A stretch of DNA of 64,000 nucleotides from a virus (Duplodnaviria; Heunggongvirae; Uroviricota; Caudoviricetes). Below, piece by piece: positions 9,611 to 19,593 of this stretch. The notes below the pieces were generated by a model. That model did not search any database. It was not told the origin of the DNA and saw nothing but the letters and a program-made list of their open reading frames with translations. The position numbers and the translations under genes were made by a program. Location: the IMG/VR virus record IMGVR_UViG_3300042303_000041, positions 6,648-70,647 of that record, one strand, 5' to 3'. How positions within the stretch are numbered: the first letter of the stretch is position 1; every line of letters starts with the position of its first letter.

Positions 9611-9796
9611 GGTAGGTTATTCTGTTACGAGGAAACCTACCGAAACCCTAAGCAGCGTTTAGGCTGCTAATGCGTAGACTGTGTCGTTTGCATTTACTTC
9701 TTTTGCTTCTTCGACCGAGTTTCCCCAATCCTACGGGTTTCACATTCCCGTGTTGCCGTCTCTACTATCTACCTCTGTCGAAACCAAGGCACCCCC
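9611..9796 (-). ncRNA. ssrA: Two-piece tmRNA, coding piece (tag ANDTVYALAA*)
   Basis: 5' GGGGGTGCCTTGGTTTCGACAG; tag frame 9691-9659 GCA AAC GAC ACA GTC TAC GCA TTA GCA GCC TAA. Confidence 0.93.
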
Positions 9797-9797
9797 A

Positions 9798-9956
9798 TCA
9801 TAAAGATTTTATTTTTGTAACGATGTCATAGACTTTTGAATAAGTGTCAGTTATTTTATCTAACTGCTGTTCTGATAGTGATTCATTTTCTTCCAAATGA
9901 ACCAAATCTTTTGCTAGATGTTCCTGTAACTCTTTCAATTTATCCTGCTCATCCAT
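9798..9956 (-). CDS. 52-aa ORF filling the tmRNA intervening segment
   Basis: AAGGA SD; MDEQDKLKELQEHLAKDLVHLEENESLSEQQLDKITDTYSKVYDIVTKIKSL*. Confidence 0.6.
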   Translation of the reverse strand: MDEQDKLKELQEHLAKDLVHLEENESLSEQQLDKITDTYSKVYDIVTKIKSL

Positions 9957-9966
9957 ACAATCCTTA

Positions 9967-10033
9967 TGGTGGAGGTGGCGAGAGTCGAACTCGCGTCCAG
10001 AAGTCCTTCGCTTTGAAGGGATTACAACAATTC
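9967..10033 (-). ncRNA. ssrA: Two-piece tmRNA, acceptor piece
   Basis: T-arm GCGAG-TTCGACT-CTCGC then CACCTCC-A-CCA pairs with GGGGGTG (G3:U70); ACTTCTG pairs with CAGAGGT of the coding piece. Confidence 0.93.
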
Positions 10034-10034
10034 C

Positions 10035-10244
10035 TTATAAGCCACCGTTGGGTTGAGTTGCTTTCACAAGCATTACTCTACCGCTACCGTTGACCTGTAA
10101 TTTAAACATGTCTCCATCTTTCCATCCTTTAGGTAATGAACCCCAAATTCGATCAGGTTTCTTTTCCTGCGATGCAAGATGCAATTCTTCATCAAACAAA
10201 ATATATCCATCTTCAAGATCAAAATTATAATCGATGTATAACAT
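10035..10244 (-). CDS. Hypothetical protein
   Basis: ORF track, start trimmed to MLYIDY. Confidence 0.55.
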   Translation of the reverse strand: MLYIDYNFDLEDGYILFDEELHLASQEKKPDRIWGSLPKGWKDGDMFKLQVNGSGRVMLVKATQPNGGL

Positions 10245-10270
10245 AAGTATACCCTTTAATGATTTACAAG

Positions 10271-10924
10271 TCAAATATTGTGGGCATTCTTGTATTCTAG
10301 ACGTAACTTTCTAAATCCTCCGATCCAGTTGTCACGTTTCTCAATAAACAGTCGTGGATCATCGTTTTCCACACCCATAATAATCACTAGTCTACCAATT
10401 GGAATGCCTGTGCGTTCTTCAAATGCAACTGCGTATGCCGCTGTTTGCATAAAGTAATTATATATATCTTCCCTGTCTTTGGGCTTATTTGCAGTTTTAA
10501 AATCTATAACTGACAGCTTGCCTTGGAATTCAGCAATGCAGTCTACAGTTCCCGCCACTTCCAAGAAGTCAGAATATAGTGGAGTTTCTAAACAGTGGAT
10601 GTTATCAATATCATTTAACCAGAGTTTCATTGAATTGAAAATCTCTGCATCAAAAATATCTGGTTCAGGATTCTTACCTAGCAGATAATGTTCACAGAGG
10701 GTGTGAACTCTTGTTCCTCTGGAAGATGCTCTTGCGGATACCCTATTCGCTTCTTCATTACCAACTCTGCGCCGCCATTCTGCAATTCCTTTTGCTGAAT
10801 GTAGGGACGTAACGGTTGTGACCGATGGATAGGCTCTACCCGTCGGTGTTTTATATACTCGTGTGCCATTGGCAGCAGTGGTGCGTTCGAGCTTGGGTAG
10901 ATCATGGTGTATAAATGTCTTCAT
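10271..10924 (-). CDS. PD-(D/E)XK exonuclease (Cas4-like phage exonuclease)
   Basis: YPSVTTV, RGTRVH, AGTVDCIAEFQGKLSVIDFKT, YFMQTAAY. Confidence 0.9.
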   Translation of the reverse strand: MKTFIHHDLPKLERTTAANGTRVYKTPTGRAYPSVTTVTSLHSAKGIAEWRRRVGNEEANRVSARASSRGTRVHTLCEHYLLGKNPEPDIFDAEIFNSMKLWLNDIDNIHCLETPLYSDFLEVAGTVDCIAEFQGKLSVIDFKTANKPKDREDIYNYFMQTAAYAVAFEERTGIPIGRLVIIMGVENDDPRLFIEKRDNWIGGFRKLRLEYKNAHNI

Positions 10925-10930
10925 GTAGTA

Positions 10931-10959
10931 ATTATACTACAAATTTAATTGCAAGTCAA
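10931..10959 (-). promoter_or_regulatory. Sigma70-like promoter; ATG at predicted +1
   Basis: TTGACT-17-TATAAT-6nt-ATG. Confidence 0.8.
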
Positions 10960-11442
10960 ACTTTCTTTGATTTCTTCGTATGAGTGGTCAAACCAGTTAA
11001 AGCTAAGAAACTTTCTAACACCAGATTTTGGGATACTAACTGAATGTATCTGACTAACATCTAACAAATAGCAATCACCATCTGCCGCCACAAACGAAGA
11101 AACTTCATTGAGATCATTCACATCGTATAAATTTGACGTAGTCTTTCCATTATATCGTTCTCTCCTTGCGCCAGCCTGCGCTTCATAAAAATGAGTAGTG
11201 CAACTATTAGATTGAATATAAAAATTAACACAACATGTTATTGCATGATCTATATGCGGACGCAAAAAACCTCCACCAACAATTTCACAATACCGTATCG
11301 TTGGTTTATACTTAAACATTGATAGATCTAACTTAGCTGAAACTGTATAATATGTTAACGAAGGAGATCTACCATACGTAATTATGTGTTGTCCACCAGA
11401 ATAATTAATAATCGGAAAAGTTAAATTTAGTTTATTAAACAT
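10945..11442 (-). CDS. Putative 2OG-Fe(II)/cupin-fold oxygenase
   Basis: RPHID...QIHSV (HxD...H). Confidence 0.5.
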   Translation of the reverse strand: MFNKLNLTFPIINYSGGQHIITYGRSPSLTYYTVSAKLDLSMFKYKPTIRYCEIVGGGFLRPHIDHAITCCVNFYIQSNSCTTHFYEAQAGARRERYNGKTTSNLYDVNDLNEVSSFVAADGDCYLLDVSQIHSVSIPKSGVRKFLSFNWFDHSYEEIKESLTCN

Positions 11443-12058
11443 CTTCTTGAACCAATGGATTTTTTATACCAAGATTTCTTAATTCTTGTACAGTCAATGC
11501 AGGATGAAAACGCAATCCAACAAGTGTTCTTGATAATTTATCAGATATCCCTCTATGTAAAATGGTGGTGTTTACAAGAACAGGTCTAATACACTCAACC
11601 CTAGCTACCTCCTCAACTGTGTCCATAGTAGTGTAAGCAAAATGATGATATGTTATGGCATGACACGTTAAATTTGGTTTATCATACTTGTAAAAAGCAG
11701 TATAAGAATTTTCGCAATCAATTAATGGAATATTTAATGAAAAGTGGTTTCTTGTTATTGGATGAAACCCATCCACATGAACAACGTCACTTCTTTTAAC
11801 ATTTGTTGAAAATAAAACTCGTTGAAACTTATTAAGAATACCAACATCACTTAGATATTTAAAAAGTTTAGGACATGTTGTTATCATTTGATATTTGTAA
11901 ACATTATAGTAATCTGGATTCGTTTGTTTACCCTTTATCCCAGAATGTAACAGTGATAATAATTCTTTTTGTATATCTTCATAATCTGGGATGTCAACAT
12001 AACTATAATACCAGCCTGGATATAGTGGTTGATATAGTGTCTCTGAGAAGTGACTCAT
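11435..12058 (-). CDS. Putative 2OG-Fe(II)/cupin-fold oxygenase
   Basis: VHVDG...SLNIPL...ILHRG...R. Confidence 0.5.
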   Translation of the reverse strand: MSHFSETLYQPLYPGWYYSYVDIPDYEDIQKELLSLLHSGIKGKQTNPDYYNVYKYQMITTCPKLFKYLSDVGILNKFQRVLFSTNVKRSDVVHVDGFHPITRNHFSLNIPLIDCENSYTAFYKYDKPNLTCHAITYHHFAYTTMDTVEEVARVECIRPVLVNTTILHRGISDKLSRTLVGLRFHPALTVQELRNLGIKNPLVQEDV

Positions 12059-12678
12059 GCAATATATCCTAATCGTTCAAGAATTGAGTAACATTGTTTA
12101 TATGACATATCTGGACTCTTAAAGTTCCATCCGAGAGCAACTCTTTCATATTGACTTTTATTCTTAACAGAATGCCATTCATGAACATTAGTCAAATATG
12201 CATGTTCATAAACTGAATATTCTGCCACAGGCTTTGGAAAAAAGCCAACACCTTGACTGTTATTAGTATCGATCTTAGGTAAATCATAATATTCAGAAAC
12301 GCATTTTTTTGAACAGCCAGAAATAGGAAAATATATTGCTTCAGGTCTCCATTTTCTATCAACATGAGGGTACATTACTGCACCAGAATTTATTTTAGTT
12401 ATTGTTGCGGATTTACCCATATATGGTAGTATGTCAGCAAATTGCTGCCATAGAGGATCATGTTGGCATTCTTTAGAAATAATTCCAACATGGTTGTGGT
12501 TAGCATCAGCACCTTTACCAGTTTCCCATGTAGCATCTTTATACCAAAGGGCAATTATTCCCTTACCAGCATAAGTGTTTGGCATCATTGATTTAAAATG
12601 ATTATTGTATATACCAACAATAGCTTGTAACTGAGAATCTGTGAATTTCAATTTTGCGTATAGATCAGAAACATTCAT
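12055..12678 (-). CDS. Putative 2OG-Fe(II)/cupin-fold oxygenase
   Basis: YPHVDR...EWHSV...RVAL. Confidence 0.55.
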   Translation of the reverse strand: MNVSDLYAKLKFTDSQLQAIVGIYNNHFKSMMPNTYAGKGIIALWYKDATWETGKGADANHNHVGIISKECQHDPLWQQFADILPYMGKSATITKINSGAVMYPHVDRKWRPEAIYFPISGCSKKCVSEYYDLPKIDTNNSQGVGFFPKPVAEYSVYEHAYLTNVHEWHSVKNKSQYERVALGWNFKSPDMSYKQCYSILERLGYIA

Positions 12679-13130
12679 AGTATTTTACCTACAATAATAT
12701 CTTCATCAATATATCCCATTCTATGTAGAATTGGTCTAAAATCAGATGAATGTTTTACATGCCATGTGATTTTATCGGCACCAAGTTCTTTTACAGTTTG
12801 CTCTGCATATTTTAGCATTCTAACACCAGTCATACCTAATCGATATTCTTTTTTTAGGTATAAAACATCATTACTAGCAACAATCAAATCTTTGTAATGA
12901 ATATGTGGTTTTATAAAAAACGCAATGTAACCAATAAGTGCAGATTCTAATCTAACAGTTATTAGTATAAATTTTTTAGCAAGTTCAAGTCTATCATAGT
13001 CTTCCCAGTCTGGATTGAGTTTTACTACAGACTTGTTAAGTGTTAATTCTTCATAATGATCAAGTAACAAAATTTCCATTTCTGGTTTGACACTTAAAAC
13101 TGGTTCTATTTTAAATTGTATATTTGCCAT
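12675..13130 (-). CDS. GNAT-family acetyltransferase
   Basis: DVLYLKKEYRLGMTGVRMLKYAE (acetyl-CoA motif A). Confidence 0.75.
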   Translation of the reverse strand: MANIQFKIEPVLSVKPEMEILLLDHYEELTLNKSVVKLNPDWEDYDRLELAKKFILITVRLESALIGYIAFFIKPHIHYKDLIVASNDVLYLKKEYRLGMTGVRMLKYAEQTVKELGADKITWHVKHSSDFRPILHRMGYIDEDIIVGKIL

Positions 13131-13139
13131 AATTCATTT

Positions 13140-14093
13140 TTATTTAAAAGATCTAACACCCCATCCGCGAACCCAGTCTGTATTTATATAAACAGGTTCT
13201 TTTTTTCTTTGTAAACCAGTCCTATATCTACGCCAAGAAGGAACTTTTATTTTATTTTCTGTATAATATGTATCTTTAGTGAATTTATAAAGTTGCTGTT
13301 TTAGCGGCATTTTAAAATCTCTATAATCGTATCCAAACCACTTTTCTTCAATTGGTGTAGAAACAGAATAATCATTCCAGTCCTTACTACAACTAAAATA
13401 AAAGATGTTTTTGTCGATAACTAGATCTTCTGTTTCCAATATCATAGAAAGTTGTTCATTTTGATAATTTACAGCATATTCAAACCACCAAAATAAGTCT
13501 TTAACATTTTCTATTTTTCTAGGACACCCAGAAATAAGTTTCTTGTACAATTCTATAGAAGTATTAGATAACTTTGATAAAAACTCAGGTATAGATTGTT
13601 TCAATACATCTATTGGAATAGCAGGATATAAAATAGGTCCATAATTTGAATCCATTAAATGTCCACTAACTAATACACTGTCTTTTAAAAGATAGGAATA
13701 GTCTCCATTATAAAGACTAAATTGTTTTACTTCTAACTTATCTTCTATATACTTTGTATAAAAATCAGGATACTCTCGAATTGAATTATTATTCATAACA
13801 ACTACTAATTTATCAGGTGTTGTTATCTTCAAAAGCTCAGCAAGAACTAACGTGCTATCAATACCACCACTCCAGAAAACAGATAATTTCTTATCACCAG
13901 AGCTATCAATTATATGTTTAGCACTATCGTAACAAAGTTGATCAACAGATTTAGGTTGAACTGCTTCTCCTATTGGAGTTATACATTCTATATTAGGTAT
14001 ATCTATTAAACTTCTAGATCTATCAAAGGCGCCATAAATGGTAAATGGTGTATTTATAGTACATGAGAAACTATAATGATGAAAGTATTTCAT
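13140..14093 (-). CDS. PP-loop (adenine nucleotide alpha-hydrolase / Asn-synthase-like) protein
   Basis: VFWSGGIDST. Confidence 0.65.
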   Translation of the reverse strand: MKYFHHYSFSCTINTPFTIYGAFDRSRSLIDIPNIECITPIGEAVQPKSVDQLCYDSAKHIIDSSGDKKLSVFWSGGIDSTLVLAELLKITTPDKLVVVMNNNSIREYPDFYTKYIEDKLEVKQFSLYNGDYSYLLKDSVLVSGHLMDSNYGPILYPAIPIDVLKQSIPEFLSKLSNTSIELYKKLISGCPRKIENVKDLFWWFEYAVNYQNEQLSMILETEDLVIDKNIFYFSCSKDWNDYSVSTPIEEKWFGYDYRDFKMPLKQQLYKFTKDTYYTENKIKVPSWRRYRTGLQRKKEPVYINTDWVRGWGVRSFK

Positions 14094-14221
14094 TTTCTAG
14101 AATTGTATAAAGTTCGTCTTTAGTATATCTATCAACGTTCGGTTGCACTATTTCAATTTCGTATGTTGTTGGTTCTGTTGCAATAACAACAACATTGAAT
14201 TTTTTATCTTCACGTTCAAGA

Positions 14222-14947
14222 TTAAGTAGTTGGTTTATCATATTTAATAAGATTAATAAAAAATCCACCTAAATCAAAATAATGTGGTTTGTGATTAAAA
14301 ATGTGTCTTCTAGGATTATCATGATGTTCTTTATGAATCCACTCTCCAGCCATAGGTATTAAAAATTCCATAAACCATAAATTTTTAGCGCCACGGTGGT
14401 CATGAGCATATATGGTATGCAATCCACTAGTTAAAAGATATAAAGTAACAGGTAGCGCATATACAAATAAGAAAATTTGTAAACCACATAACATAGTTAT
14501 TATACCAAAGACTATACTTAAAGTCAAAGAATTCTTCATAAAAAACTTATGCATCGGGTCTTTTAGTAGTCTAATTTCATTCTTAGTGGGTTTTATGTTA
14601 TTTCTGTCTTTAAATCTAAAGAAATGTTTAAATGACGTATCGTATGGATCGTCTTCGGTGTCAGAGTGTTTATGATGTGCTATGTGAACAGTAGACCACT
14701 CGACTGGAGAAGAGTTGAGACTAATTGTACCAATAAAACCATATACCCAATGCCATAATTTATGACACTGATAAAAACTATGGGTGAATAAACGATGGTA
14801 TCCAGAAGTAACTGTGATTGATATGGAAAGATAAATTAAAAATGCCAGCAAGAATAAACCAATGCTGGCATTTGAAACTATCGATAACCAAAGTACTAGT
14901 GGAAAACACAAAGCACCAACAGAACGGTGCCAGGCTTTTGTTTTCAT
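14222..14947 (-). CDS. Fatty acid (delta-9-type) desaturase
   Basis: Three His boxes HRLFTH, HIAHH, HKEHH plus TM helices. Confidence 0.9.
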   Translation of the reverse strand: MKTKAWHRSVGALCFPLVLWLSIVSNASIGLFLLAFLIYLSISITVTSGYHRLFTHSFYQCHKLWHWVYGFIGTISLNSSPVEWSTVHIAHHKHSDTEDDPYDTSFKHFFRFKDRNNIKPTKNEIRLLKDPMHKFFMKNSLTLSIVFGIITMLCGLQIFLFVYALPVTLYLLTSGLHTIYAHDHRGAKNLWFMEFLIPMAGEWIHKEHHDNPRRHIFNHKPHYFDLGGFFINLIKYDKPTT

Positions 14948-14949
14948 AA

Positions 14950-15914
14950 TTAAACCGTATATATCATTTTCAAAGCATAACAGTCACTATTACCTGCAGT
15001 TGCAACTGCATCGCCACTGCGGATACGAATTCTCGCTGGACCAGTAAATACACGTTCATTAATAGTTAACTCACCAGTGACTAAGAATAAATTGGTATTA
15101 TTGTCTAATGAAACTTGTTGACCAGAATTAACCAACAAACTTTGCACATTTGGTAAACCACTACGGTTGTACTGATGTGATATGCAAAGCCATTGTGTAT
15201 CTACAGGAAATGCTAATTCTAATGTTCCTGGAGTAGAAGCAGCTTGATCTGGATGTTCAATATTCAACCACCCAGGAGTTCTGTCTAGTAGCTGCTCATT
15301 AGTTTCTTTAACCTTAACTTTAGCAACACCTTTAGTATAATAATATATTCCACTAGTCACTAAACCTTCTTCGCTTAATGTAATATCCTTCCAACTATCA
15401 GCTGGTTCGACATCAACAATAATCCCAACATAACCGAATACTGCATATGGTGTGCTTTTCATATACGTTCTCCTGATAGTCTACCTAAAACACGTTGGAT
15501 TGCTGCTTCCATTTCAATATCTCTAAACTCTTGTTCCATTTCTGCAGTTATTTGCAGACCGTCTATCACTAAACCAGGTTCTTCAGGTGGAATATAGTCT
15601 TCTATATTATATGAACGTTCTTCTCCAACCAACTCTTCAAATTTATCAGAAGGAACTGCAGCTGCATCTATTTGATCTTGCCAGAATTGCTGGGGAGACA
15701 TATCAGACAACCACTTATATATTTCTTCAGGCGTAGTTTCTTCCGTAAGTTGGTGAAACACAAAATTTTGTGTGATAGGTGTACATATTGAAGACATAGT
15801 CACATCAGGTGTGTACTCAACAAGAAACCCTAAGGTTTCTTTTACATATTTAAGTATTTTTACTTTAAAATTTATCATAGGTTTTATCTTTATGCGTAAA
15901 TAGTTAATGACCAA
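14950..15914 (-). other. Two hypothetical ORFs (14950-15462, 15459-15914)
   Basis: ORF track; coupled to a tail-fibre-like gene. Confidence 0.55.
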
Positions 15915-16624
15915 GGTTGCAGTGCCCCAGTACTGAGAGTATATGAGCCTGGTATTGAGCTACTGCCACTAGCAGTGGAGACCAACCAAATCCATCTACT
16001 ATAGTACCCTCCTCCAGTTGCATAGGTGTCATAGTTAGCGTTAGAACGTAAGTTAACTCTTGGCGATGAAATCCCAGCGCCGACATTACCGATTATAGGA
16101 AAGCTAGCTTGTTTGAAAGAAGCATCATTATTAGGTAAATATATTGTACTACTGTAAGCAGCCATTACATGCCATAGACTTCTATAACCGTCACTGCGTT
16201 CTTCATAAACTGAATATAAAGATCTAACACTGAAAGTTCCATTATGTGCAGGATATGAACTGCCCGTGACAGAACCAAAAGCATTTTCTGATGGGCTGCT
16301 CCCACCGAGCGGTCTGTATAAACTATTTAGTGTACTATGCCAGCCCGTATAATATATACTACTGGTTGGTCCTTTGTAGACACTAAATGTTCCAGTTGAG
16401 CCAGTATTCCCAGACATTTGATACGAGCCAGTATTTAAAATTTTAGCACCATAAAAATTGCTCATAGCAATAGCGCCACTAGTAGGTATAGCTGAGTTTA
16501 AAGTCCCAGCATTAGGTACATTAACACCACCCCTATAGTATTCGTTCATTCCAATTGGATTAATTCCTCCAAAACCAGTCTGGATCTGCCCTAAAGTTAT
16601 CGAACCTGATGCTTGTAGTGCCAT
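15890..16624 (-). CDS. Virion/tail-fibre-like Gly-Ser-rich protein
   Basis: MALQASGSITLGQIQTGFGGINPIGMNEYYRGG, a recurrent phage structural N-terminus. Confidence 0.55.
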   Translation of the reverse strand: MALQASGSITLGQIQTGFGGINPIGMNEYYRGGVNVPNAGTLNSAIPTSGAIAMSNFYGAKILNTGSYQMSGNTGSTGTFSVYKGPTSSIYYTGWHSTLNSLYRPLGGSSPSENAFGSVTGSSYPAHNGTFSVRSLYSVYEERSDGYRSLWHVMAAYSSTIYLPNNDASFKQASFPIIGNVGAGISSPRVNLRSNANYDTYATGGGYYSRWIWLVSTASGSSSIPGSYTLSTGALQPWSLTIYA

Positions 16625-16625
16625 A

Positions 16626-17246
16626 TTATGTTAGTAAGTGTATAGCTTCGTTATAGTGTTTAATACGATCTTCAAGACCAATATATCCACCATTAATTTT
16701 TCGTGTCATTGTTTTGATATCTCCACTATCTGCTTCTTTATTTAGTCCAGTTTTGTTCCAGAACCAAATAGCAGACATAAGAGCAAAATCTTTATCCCAT
16801 GTAACCCAGTCTGGATTTTCAACAACTTCTTGCCAGTTTTCAAACATCTCTTTGGCAAATGCTGTATAGTTAGACTTTCCAGTTAATTGAATCGGTCCAC
16901 GACCTCTATATTTATAACCATCTCCAGAAGACTCTGGTCCATTACCCATACGGTTTGCATAAACCTTATTTGCAATCATTTCTGGTTTACGAGCATAAGA
17001 CTGAGCAGATTCAAGAGTAGGAAAATACTTCTTAAAGATACCACACAAACCTTGTGCTGAGTAATTCAAGTTTTCTTCAAATACAGTAAATCCCCCAGAT
17101 TCATGACCGCATTGCGCAAGAAACGCAGCTATTCTCTTGGGGGTATTAATTTCATAAACAGGAAAGACAGAATTCATTGATTCTGCCCAACCCTCTGGAT
17201 CACCATTTCTTGGAAATAGGTGGTGGAATTGTTCTGATGTTAGCAT
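16626..17246 (-). CDS. GH19 (chitinase-like) endolysin
   Basis: FLAQCGHESGGF...EENLNY...YRGRGPIQLTGKSNY...INGGYIGLEDR. Confidence 0.93.
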   Translation of the reverse strand: MLTSEQFHHLFPRNGDPEGWAESMNSVFPVYEINTPKRIAAFLAQCGHESGGFTVFEENLNYSAQGLCGIFKKYFPTLESAQSYARKPEMIANKVYANRMGNGPESSGDGYKYRGRGPIQLTGKSNYTAFAKEMFENWQEVVENPDWVTWDKDFALMSAIWFWNKTGLNKEADSGDIKTMTRKINGGYIGLEDRIKHYNEAIHLLT

Positions 17247-17249
17247 GTG

Positions 17250-18005
17250 TCATCCTGCGTAATCCTCATATTTAAGTTTAGCCAAAATATAGTCTTTTAC
17301 TAAAGAACTTCTCACAATGTCATCAGGTGTAAACTCTATACGAGTAAATGCTCCCATGTGGTGCGCAATATCAAAGAATTTTAAAATTCCAGTAACATCG
17401 CTTTTCTTTTTATTCAAATCTGTCTGACGATAATCGCCACACCAAATAATCTTAGATCGATAACCGACACGGGTCATAACGGTATCAATCTCTTCGAACG
17501 TTAAATTCTGCATTTCATCAACGATAATGATAGCATCATCAAAGCTCATACCACGAATAAATGATGTAGAGATAAACTCAATGTGGTGTTGTTCTTCTAA
17601 TCTATCCCATGCGTCTTTGCGACCAAATAAGGTTTCGCATATTTGACGATATGGTTGCTGATAAATTTCCATCTTTTCGTTCACATCTCCAGGTAGATGT
17701 CCAATTTCCCTAGATTGTACAGCTGAACGAACTACAATAATTTTATCAAAGGGGTTTGATTTATCAAGTACCTCTTCAATTGCTTTATACAACGCACAGA
17801 AAGTTTTGCCTGTTCCAGCAACTCCATGCAGTGCAACAAAATAGTCTCCTCTTTTATATGCCTCAAAAAATAGTCTCTGATTTTCAGTTAAAGGTTGGAA
17901 TGTTTTCATATCATCCAACCTAATTCTCAACGTATTATTTATTTTTGATTTAGCGTCTACTTGCACGCTATCAGTAGGTTTTGCTTTCGCTGCTGTACGA
18001 GCCAT
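17250..18005 (-). CDS. phoH: PhoH-like ATPase
   Basis: GVAGTGKT, FIRGMSFD, DEMQN, GDYRQTD, DIVRS. Confidence 0.95.
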   Translation of the reverse strand: MARTAAKAKPTDSVQVDAKSKINNTLRIRLDDMKTFQPLTENQRLFFEAYKRGDYFVALHGVAGTGKTFCALYKAIEEVLDKSNPFDKIIVVRSAVQSREIGHLPGDVNEKMEIYQQPYRQICETLFGRKDAWDRLEEQHHIEFISTSFIRGMSFDDAIIIVDEMQNLTFEEIDTVMTRVGYRSKIIWCGDYRQTDLNKKKSDVTGILKFFDIAHHMGAFTRIEFTPDDIVRSSLVKDYILAKLKYEDYAG

Positions 18006-18016
18006 TAAAATTCCTA

Positions 18017-18265
18017 TTAGATTTGACTAGATCCCCTGTTTAATGTACTGCCAGGGGCACGAGAATGAATTTTCTGCAGTACTTCTTTGAAACCAGAATC
18101 GAATTTACGTGCACCAACACGAACAGGATCGCATACCATTGGTCCGCCATTAAACTGAGACTCAATATTAGGGTTAGTCTTTAGGTATTCTTCTCGAGCA
18201 GAAATGCTCATAAACTTTTCAAAAGTTTCACCCGACGTTTTATCTCGAAATGCATAGGTTGGCAT
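18017..18265 (-). CDS. FmdB-like small regulatory protein
   Basis: MPTYAFRDKTSGETFE...GFKEVLQKI. Confidence 0.6.
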   Translation of the reverse strand: MPTYAFRDKTSGETFEKFMSISAREEYLKTNPNIESQFNGGPMVCDPVRVGARKFDSGFKEVLQKIHSRAPGSTLNRGSSQI

Positions 18266-18283
18266 AATATTTCCTTATGTATG

Positions 18284-18291
18284 TATTTATA
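18284..18291 (-). promoter_or_regulatory. T4 late promoter TATAAATA
   Basis: Exact match upstream of the FmdB/PhoH/endolysin operon. Confidence 0.75.
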
Positions 18292-19312
18292 GTTTTTTAG
18301 AGGTTTCATAAAGAGCAAAACTAGCTAAATTCTTGGCTTTAGATTCGCACATGATATCATGTGTTGGAAGGAAACCTAATACCCAGTCGTTTGATGCAGT
18401 ATTCCAGTAAAAATCTGAATGTGCACGCAGCTTGGCTTTCTTGTAGCCCATATCTTTTAGGATTGCCATATCTGGTTGGGTAGTAACAGCATGCTCAATG
18501 AGATAATCTTCACGAGATTGTGAGTAATGCATAGTTGGACGAACACCACGCCACGATTCAATAACACGTTGAACACGAATATCTTTAGGATCGATCCACT
18601 CGCCTTCGCGACACCAGTGATGATGGACGTCAAGAACAATAGGTAGCAAGTCGGCTAGTTCTAGAGAGTCGTCAAGACCCCATGCATTTTCTTCGTTTTC
18701 GATAGTGATGCAGTTACGTGCTTCAGTAGAAAGACGTTTGTAAGCAGCACGAATACCTGCAGGACCAAGTTTACCTGAGATATGCACGTTGATTTTAAAG
18801 TCTTGGAATGTTTTACCATAACCCATCATACGTACCATGTCTGCATGGTATTCGAATTCGTCAATAGAGTTATTTACAATACCAGGATTCTCAGAAGCAA
18901 GTACAGTAAATTGTCCTGGATGGAAAGACAAACGAACGTTAGATGCACGTGCTACTTCGCCGATTTTGGCAAAGCAGTATTCCATTAGCTTTAGTACATC
19001 TGCACGTTTGTAAAAATAAGACCAGTCGGCATGTGTGTAAACTGGAAGGATATCACTAGACAAGCGAACCATGCGCAGCCGTTCAGGTAGGTTTGATACT
19101 TTAATAACAAGATTAAGAGTATTCTGCAGGTTTTGTTTTACAATACCCCATAGTTTTTCTTCAGCTACAGTACGAGATTGACGACCGAGCCAAGCAATGG
19201 TAGTTGTACCAGTACTATACTTACGTGCGTCGTCTTTTAGACCAATGCCATCTACTTGAGTAGCATTGTCGATCCACTTGCACGCAAAACCGATTTTACC
19301 TATCGTAGTCAT
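18287..19312 (-). CDS. uvsE: UV DNA damage endonuclease
   Basis: RLSSDILP, RLSFHPGQF, INVHISG, TIENEE, DVHHH, RAHSDFY. Confidence 0.93.
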   Translation of the reverse strand: MTTIGKIGFACKWIDNATQVDGIGLKDDARKYSTGTTTIAWLGRQSRTVAEEKLWGIVKQNLQNTLNLVIKVSNLPERLRMVRLSSDILPVYTHADWSYFYKRADVLKLMEYCFAKIGEVARASNVRLSFHPGQFTVLASENPGIVNNSIDEFEYHADMVRMMGYGKTFQDFKINVHISGKLGPAGIRAAYKRLSTEARNCITIENEENAWGLDDSLELADLLPIVLDVHHHWCREGEWIDPKDIRVQRVIESWRGVRPTMHYSQSREDYLIEHAVTTQPDMAILKDMGYKKAKLRAHSDFYWNTASNDWVLGFLPTHDIMCESKAKNLASFALYETSKKL

Positions 19313-19593
19313 AGCATCCTAATTAAACCAACAATATCAATAGTTACCAACAGGAGATAGTTAGCCAACATGCCAAATGATTTCCTAGTACTAGCAGCCC
19401 AAGCATACATAGCACAGCCAAGGATCCAAATAGGATATAAGATAAGCAATGGAGGATTAGGGACAGTGACTGCCATAGTAATCGCACAGCCAATGCTAAT
19501 ACCCCAAGCAAGCAACTCAACAATAAACCGAATCCTATTAGAGTACCAATCATCACGAATCCAATTTAATGTAGGTTTTAAATACTCAAGCAT
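19309..19593 (-). CDS. Hypothetical membrane protein
   Basis: Three hydrophobic segments. Confidence 0.6.
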   Translation of the reverse strand: MLEYLKPTLNWIRDDWYSNRIRFIVELLAWGISIGCAITMAVTVPNPPLLILYPIWILGCAMYAWAASTRKSFGMLANYLLLVTIDIVGLIRML

